Below are positions 1-4,489 of a DNA stretch of 64,000 bases, in pieces (the first letter of the stretch is position 1; each line of letters opens with the position of its first letter). The notes beneath the pieces were generated by a model. It saw only the letters and a list, made by a program, of their open reading frames with translations, searched no databases and was not told where the DNA came from. The stretch covers positions 1,280,001 through 1,344,000 of the forward strand of contig CAWCNY010000002.1 of assembly GCA_963797095.1 (NCBI GenBank), written 5' to 3'. Source of the stretch: an uncultured Chloroflexia bacterium (GTDB lineage Bacteria > Chloroflexota > Chloroflexia > QHBQ01 > JADMIH01). A program made the position numbers and the translations under genes.

Positions 1-111
1 ACTCGAACCCTCGACCCGGCCGTTAGTAGCGGTAACCATCAGCCACCGGCCCCCGTGGGGCAAATACCGGTAATGGCTTTAAACCTGCTCTGCCATCTGA
101 GCTACGTCCCC
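1..111 (-). tRNA. tRNA-like gene (anticodon ACT after removing a 51-nt insert at 33-83), 3' end cut off by the window edge
   Basis: Minus strand: GGGGACG-TA-GCTC AGATGGCA GAGC-A-GG|51 nt|CCG CTACTAA CGGCC-GGGTC-GAGGG TTCGAGT. Removing the insert restores a perfect GGCCG/CGGCC anticodon stem. Confidence 0.75.
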
Positions 112-182
112 TGGGTTTGGACGAAAGACGAAGGACGTAGGACGATGGTTGTCGTCCAGGGTCTTGTCTAGCGTCCGGTTGT

Positions 183-428
183 CAGGAAGGAAATAGTCAA
201 TATTTGCTTTCAGGAATTGCCCGGCAGTGCCGGACCATTGCATTAATGGGTAACCTGAATGCGCCGTCCCAGATCCTTCACCGATGTTCGATGGTGGCCC
301 TCTATCGCGCCGAGCGCCGTAGGCACGTCCGGGCCTACGGACGGGAATTGAACCCGCGTGTTACCTGCGTACTCAACTACGACCTGCCGCCATGAGATAG
401 CCGGTGCCGACCGGCCGACCATCTTCTG
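183..428 (-). ncRNA. Structured RNA with a circularly permuted tRNA domain (YrlA/Y RNA-like candidate)
   Basis: Minus-strand order: T arm GCGGG TTCAATT CCCGT (357-341), closed acceptor-like hairpin CCGTAGGC-8 nt-GCCTACGG (340-317), D-like arm GCTC..GAGG (315-299). The ends can pair (GATGGTCGG with TTGACTATT). Boundaries approximate. Confidence 0.55.
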
Positions 429-434
429 ATAATT

Positions 435-534
435 GGAGGAAAGCAAGCAGTCAAAGCACGCGTTGGGCCTGCGGACGCGTTACCCGCAGTTATGGTTGCG
501 AATGATACCCCATTGGCAACGTACCGCTTTCTCC
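435..534 (-). ncRNA. Putative ~100-nt structured RNA, or the 5' domain of the 183-428 RNA
   Basis: Terminal pairing GGAG-AAAGC/GCTTT-C-CTCC; internal hairpins GTTGC..GCAAC and CTGCGG..CCGCAG; TTGACT near the 3' end; no credible ORF. Confidence 0.4.
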
Positions 535-543
535 TGTATGTAT

Positions 544-678
544 TGGGGATGGCAGGATTCGAACCTGCAAGAGCTTGTGCTCACTCGTTTTCAAGACGAT
601 AACCCTCAGCCTTCGGCCCCCATGGGGCAAGGTATGGTGACGGTGTATTAGCGCGTTTGCCATTTCCGCCACATCCCC
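544..678 (-). tRNA. tRNA with TGA (Ser) anticodon and Leu-like body, interrupted by a 51-nt insert (600-650)
   Basis: GGGGATG-TG-GCGG AAATGGCAAA CGC-G-C|51 nt|TCGT CTTGAAA ACGAG-long variable arm-GCAGG TTCGAAT CCTGC-CATCCCC-A. Confidence 0.8.
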
Positions 679-691
679 ACGATTATTGTGT

Positions 692-809
692 TGGAGCGCC
701 CGATAAGAATCGAACTTACGGTAACCATCAATCCGGCGGCCCTGGAGGTTCTTGAGGTCCTGGAGGGCAAAGATTGGAGACGGGTGCTCTCCAATCGAGC
801 GTCGGGCGC
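692..809 (-). ncRNA. Anticodon-less tRNA-like RNA with encoded CCA; anticodon arm replaced by a Y-RNA-like hairpin
   Basis: GCGCCCG/CGGGCGC-T-CCA acceptor, GCTC..GAGC D arm, GTAAG TTCGATT CTTAT T arm. Between D and T arms: CCGT..CAATCT TTGCCCT-loop-AGGGCCG CC GGATTG ATGG TTA. Confidence 0.75.
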
Positions 810-810
810 A

Positions 811-887
811 TGGTGCTTGGGGTGGGGGTTGAACCCACGACCTCCTGCTTTTCAGACAAGCGCTGCTACCAACTGAGCTACCCAAGC
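811..887 (-). tRNA. tRNA-Phe(GAA)
   Basis: Cloverleaf, loop CTGAAAA, encoded CCA. Confidence 0.93.
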
Positions 888-992
888 GGGCAAACATGAA
901 ACGTGAGGACGAAGGATTAGATTACGAGTGACGAATGACGAATGACGAGTGATTACGCAATACGCAGTACGCAATAGGTCCTGTCTCACGAT

Positions 993-1067
993 TGGTCTGG
1001 ATGGAGAGGATCGAACTCCCGATCTCTAGCGCCCAAGGCTAGCGTGTTCCCGCTACACTACACCCAG
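993..1067 (-). tRNA. tRNA-Pro(TGG)
   Basis: Cloverleaf, loop CTTGGGC, C1:G72, A73, CCA. Confidence 0.92.
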
Positions 1068-1107
1068 ATATGGTTATATCTCGTCCATCGTTCTTCACCG
1101 TTCGTTG

Positions 1108-1183
1108 TGGCGGCCCGTAGGGGAGTTGAACCCCTCCTTTCGACATTGACAGTGTCGCGTCTCGTCCACTCGACCAACGGGCC
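1108..1183 (-). tRNA. tRNA-Asp(GTC)
   Basis: Cloverleaf, loop CTGTCAA, G73, CCA. Confidence 0.92.
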
Positions 1184-1256
1184 AGTTCGATTTTGGATTT
1201 TAGATTGGGGATTTTGGATTGAAGTCGTAGCAATTCCGAAATCTGAAATCCGAAAT

Positions 1257-1332
1257 TGGTACAGGGGGGCAGATTCGAACTGCCGGCCACTCGCGTCCGA
1301 GGCGAGTACGCTTACCACTGCGCTACCCCTGT
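1257..1332 (-). tRNA. tRNA-Pro(CGG), atypical A1:U72
   Basis: ACAGGGG/CCCCTGT-A-CCA acceptor, loop CTCGGAC. Confidence 0.88.
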
Positions 1333-1351
1333 ATGCATGATTTATTTCTTG

Positions 1352-1422
1352 TTCCGGGGCAAGGATTCGAACCTCGCTCTGCCGGTTCAAAGCCGGCGAT
1401 CTTACCGCTGGACGACCCCGGA
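1352..1422 (-). tRNA. tRNA-Gln(TTG)
   Basis: TCCGGGG/CCCCGGA acceptor, loop CTTTGAA; CCA not encoded. Confidence 0.9.
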
Positions 1423-1485
1423 AGGATGATGATGACGGGGACGATGCAAGAACGTAAGCGTTGCCGACTATCGGCTACTTCCTTT

Positions 1486-1563
1486 TGGTGAGCGTTGGAG
1501 GACTTGAACCTCCGGCCTCCAGGTTCGCGGCCTGGTGCTCTGATTCCACTGAGCTAAACGCTC
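1486..1563 (-). tRNA. tRNA-Arg(GCG), C33
   Basis: CCAGG CCGCGAA CCTGG anticodon arm, full cloverleaf, CCA. Confidence 0.88.
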
Positions 1564-1597
1564 GTGTTGTCTGTGCTCTTGTCCATGGCCCACCGGG

Positions 1598-1668
1598 CAG
1601 TGAGGGAGGGAGTCGAACCCCCATGGACCGATTAACAGTCGGTTATCTTACCTTTAGATGACCTCACT
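1598..1668 (-). tRNA. tRNA-Asn(GTT)
   Basis: AGTGAGG/CCTCACT-G acceptor, loop CTGTTAA; CCA not encoded. Confidence 0.88.
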
Positions 1669-1686
1669 ATTGTCTTGTTATGCGGG

Positions 1687-1772
1687 CGGGTCGGGTGGGA
1701 TTTGAACCCACTTGCGTCCAAGACGCACTTGTTTTACAGACAGGCCCGGCTACCCGTATCCGGCTCCGACCC
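1687..1772 (-). tRNA. tRNA-Tyr(GTA), G73
   Basis: Loop CTGTAAA, long variable arm TGCGTC-TTG-GACGCA, T arm GTGGG TTCAAAT CCCAC. Confidence 0.87.
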
Positions 1773-1858
1773 AAGTTGTTGCGGTTGAAAGATGATTATT
1801 GGCGAGTGACGAGTGACGAATGACGAGTTCTGGAAATCGGCAATCTAAAGTCCGCGAT

Positions 1859-1934
1859 TGGTGGACAGCCAGGGATTTGAACCCCGAACATTCTCGGTGT
1901 AGGCGAGACGCTCCATCCGTTGAGCTAGCCGTCC
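1859..1934 (-). tRNA. tRNA-Val(TAC), C33
   Basis: TCTCG CCTACAC CGAGA, cloverleaf, CCA. Confidence 0.88.
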
Positions 1935-1947
1935 ATTGGAAGGGCGC

Positions 1948-2023
1948 TGGTAGGGTGTGCGGGGATCGAACCCGCGATCTACTCTTTGAAAGAGAGTTAT
2001 CCTGACCACTAGACGAACACCCC
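1948..2023 (-). tRNA. tRNA-Glu(TTC)
   Basis: Loop CTTTCAA, cloverleaf, CCA. Confidence 0.92.
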
Positions 2024-2034
2024 ACAGGGTTGAT

Positions 2035-2112
2035 TGGTAGCGCATGAGAGATTCGAACTCCCGGTCTCCAGGCTGAGAACCTGGCGTCCTGGGCCAGCTA
2101 GACGAATGCGCC
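2035..2112 (-). tRNA. tRNA-Glu(CTC)
   Basis: Loop TTCTCAG, cloverleaf, CCA. Confidence 0.92.
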
Positions 2113-2192
2113 GTGTTGTTACGGACGAAGGATGGCGGTTTGCCACCTGCTGTTCTTTCGTCGTCCGTCTTTAGTATTTTGTCCGCAGAAAG

Positions 2193-2264
2193 AGGTGCCG
2201 AGGGGAATTGAACCCCTGGTTAGCCGGGTTGCAGCCGGCCGCCTTACCACTTGGCTACGGCACC
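2193..2264 (-). tRNA. tRNA-Cys(GCA)
   Basis: Loop CTGCAAC, U73. Confidence 0.92.
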
Positions 2265-2271
2265 GCTTGGG

Positions 2272-2347
2272 TGGTGGAGCAGGGGAGATTCGAACTCCCA
2301 TCTTCCTCGTTGCAGGCGAGACACTCTGCCATTTGAGCTACTGTCCC
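2272..2347 (-). tRNA. tRNA-Ala(TGC), C33
   Basis: G3:U70, A73, loop CCTGCAA, CCA. Confidence 0.9.
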
Positions 2348-2418
2348 GTTTTGGTAGTCGGTAGTCGGTAGGCGGTAGTCAGATGGTATTTTACTGATAA
2401 CTGGCTGCCGAGCTTTTG

Positions 2419-2492
2419 TTTCGCGGAGCGGATTCGAACCGCTGGTCCCCTGGGTCACAGTCAGGTGCTTTTGCCGCTAAGCTACCGCGAAC
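2419..2492 (-). tRNA. tRNA-His(GTG), G-1 with A73
   Basis: Loop CTGTGAC; G-TTCGCGG/CCGCGAA-A. Confidence 0.86.
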
Positions 2493-2573
2493 ATGTGGTT
2501 AGACGATAGACGATGGACGAAAGTAAAGGTGAGCTTTCGTCGTCCGTTGTTCGTTTTTAGTCTGATGCACCGG

Positions 2574-2644
2574 TTCCGTGTCAAGGATTCGAACCTCGTT
2601 CTGCTGGTTCAGAGCCAACTGTCCTACCGTTGGACGAACACGGA
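2574..2644 (-). tRNA. tRNA-Gln(CTG)
   Basis: TCCGTGT/ACACGGA acceptor, loop CTCTGAA. Confidence 0.9.
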
Positions 2645-2747
2645 ATATGATGGATCCTTGGATACTGCGTAGTGCTTATTTCGTATTGCATGTCGGTGCG
2701 AGATTATTCCGCACTCTATACTCCGCATTCCGCATTTGAGTGTGGGG

Positions 2748-2821
2748 CGCACCCAGAGAGATTCGAACTCCCGGCCCGCTGGTTCGAAGCCAGCTGCTCT
2801 GTTCCACTGAGCTATGGGTGC
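2748..2821 (-). tRNA. tRNA-Arg(TCG)
   Basis: Loop CTTCGAA, cloverleaf. Confidence 0.92.
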
Positions 2822-2872
2822 AGGATAGTGCGTATTGCGTACTGCTTATCGCTTACTTCGCATATACAGATT

Positions 2873-2948
2873 TGGTTGCGGAGGAGGGACTTGAACCCTC
2901 GATCTGGTCATTATGAGCGACCCGCTCTTGCCGCTGAGCTACTCCGCA
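2873..2948 (-). tRNA. tRNA-Met(CAT) (Met/fMet/Ile2 not resolved)
   Basis: Loop CTCATAA, TGCGGAG/CTCCGCA-A-CCA. Confidence 0.9.
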
Positions 2949-3013
2949 ATGGTGGGTGAGAGACGCAGGATGAAGGATGAAGGATGAAGGATGAAGGATT
3001 AAGGATGATAGCG

Positions 3014-3090
3014 TGGTACCGGAGGAGAGATTCGAACTCCCAACGTCTGCGGTCTGAGCGCAGTGTGTCTACCAGTTGCACCACTCCGGC
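3014..3090 (-). tRNA. tRNA-Leu(CAG) with short variable loop
   Basis: CTGCG CTCAGAC CGCAG, then only ACGTT before the T arm; A73, CCA. Confidence 0.87.
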
Positions 3091-3189
3091 ATATCTTAGT
3101 GACAAATGACGAGTGACGAGTGACAAGTGACTGGATAAGCAGTAAGCACTAAGCAATAGGTCACGTATCACGTATCACGTTTCACGGGT

Positions 3190-3264
3190 TGGAGCGGTAG
3201 TAGGGATTCGAACCCTCATCTCCTCCATGGCGCGGAGGTGCTCTGCCGGTTGAGCGACTACCAC
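3190..3264 (-). tRNA. tRNA-Gly(GCC), G32/C33
   Basis: CCTCC GCGCCAT GGAGG; U73, CCA. Confidence 0.86.
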
Positions 3265-3305
3265 ATTTTTGCGGATTGGCGTTTTGGGGGTTTCTTCCGC
3301 AAGGG

Positions 3306-3377
3306 CACAAGCGGTAGGATTTGAACCCACATCCCACAGTTTTGGAGACTGGTGCTCTCCCATTGAGCTACGCTTGT
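3306..3377 (-). tRNA. tRNA-Trp(CCA)
   Basis: Loop CTCCAAA, G73. Confidence 0.9.
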
Positions 3378-3614
3378 ATGCAGCGAGCAGACCAGGCATG
3401 CCTTCACGCTTGGGCTTTACGATATGTGCGGCCCGCGCTGGACTCCAGGCACACCTGGCGTGTCTGCTCACTCTTTTTATTCGCGATCCATCTTCTACTG
3501 TTAAGGTGCACGGTCTGCCGTGGACTGCCGGCGCTTTCTTTGTTTTATTGTCCTATTCGGGTTATTTACTTCTATGTCGCCCGTCACGGCTTTCCGTCTG
3601 CATCGACAGATGCA

Positions 3615-3690
3615 TGGTGCCCCCGGCAGGGTTCGAACCTGCGCCTCACCGATTAAGAGTCGGTTACTCTTCCTGCTGAGTTACAGAGGC
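3615..3690 (-). tRNA. tRNA-Lys(CTT), first tRNA of the array
   Basis: Loop CTCTTAA, cloverleaf, CCA. Confidence 0.92.
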
Positions 3691-3775
3691 TTGCATATTG
3701 CGCTGTTAATTGAGAGAGCCGCCTGGCTCTTTCGCCGGGCGGCCCTGGTGAACATATATGTACATGCACCTTGAG

Positions 3776-4057
3776 CTATCCGGCGATTACCTCCCAACCA
3801 AACGTGCGATTAAGGGCCTGGGTCAGATCCAGGGCCAATGCTGCTGCTGGGCATAGGGAGGCGGCTATACAATTGTCATAGACAGGTTGTGATAATTCGG
3901 CTTCACACATACACGTCGCTTCACTGATTCTTGGCGTCTTCCTTGAGCGTAAACGCTTCCAGGTGTGATCGGCGTGTGTAGAGAGAGGCCAGCGCGCGTC
4001 GTGTGACGGCTCACGCAACTCATCTCTGTATGTTTGGCCGATCCAGATCGATTTCAT
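3776..4057 (-). CDS. Short hypothetical or leader ORF upstream of the tRNA array
   Basis: 93-aa ORF with ATG after AAGGCAAAGCC, followed by a GC hairpin at ~3714-3744; no recognisable domain. Confidence 0.35.
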   Translation of the reverse strand: MKSIWIGQTYRDELREPSHDARWPLSTHADHTWKRLRSRKTPRISEATCMCEAELSQPVYDNCIAASLCPAAALALDLTQALNRTFGWEVIAG

Positions 4058-4078
4058 GGCTTTGCCTTGCTAACTAAA

Positions 4079-4104
4079 GAGCGGCTCCTGTTCGGGGCCG
4101 CTCC
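4079..4104 (-). terminator. Putative terminator/attenuator hairpin
   Basis: Minus strand GAGCGGCCCC GAACA GGAGCCGCTC followed by TTTAG. Confidence 0.5.
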
Positions 4105-4140
4105 AGCTTTTGTGGCTTGCATTTTGTGAGGCAAATTACC

Positions 4141-4386
4141 TCACATTACGTTTTGCTTACCTCTGGAGCGGTCGCCCACCCTCATCCACGTATCTCGCGG
4201 GAGTTGGGGTCTGGCGATACCTTCGATATTCAGATAAAGATTCCATTCGTGCTGTGAATAGCTCCTGGCGATTGATGGCGATATGCTCGCAAAACAATTC
4301 GTCTGGACAGACAACCACAACCCATTCTCATAAGAAGGGGCTTGTGTGCTATTACATTGTCTGGCGCTCATGGTCACGGGGAGCAA
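4141..4386 (-). CDS. Short hypothetical or leader ORF
   Basis: 81-aa ORF; AAAGGAG lies near possible GTG/ATG starts; no recognisable domain. Confidence 0.3.
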   Translation of the reverse strand: MLPVTMSARQCNSTQAPSYENGLWLSVQTNCFASISPSIARSYSQHEWNLYLNIEGIARPQLPRDTWMRVGDRSRGKQNVM

Positions 4387-4489
4387 ACTCCTTTTGATGT
4401 TGTTACCATATTAGTTGTATCGCATCCTGGTGCTGCTCACAACCATCTCGCGGATTAGAATGTCTAGGTCTGAGGGAGTAGAATCGGCG

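Noticed and set aside
33-83. Insert as a hammerhead or HDV-like (theta) ribozyme, or a fluoride riboswitch, because of CTGATGG
   Set aside because: No GAAA hammerhead core, no HDV nested double pseudoknot and no fluoride-riboswitch 5' motif; it folds as a simple bulged hairpin.
299-357. Two-piece (permuted) tmRNA
   Set aside because: No CCA or G3:U70 Ala acceptor in the closed stem, and no tag ORF.
3752-3765. ACATATATGTACAT as a site for the GGDEF-RHH protein, linking it to the array
   Set aside because: Only an 8-bp AT-rich overlap with the TACATATGTA region; could be chance.
204-3774. Many short ORFs over the tRNA array
   Set aside because: They overlap clear tRNA cloverleaves and heptamer repeats and have no protein motifs.
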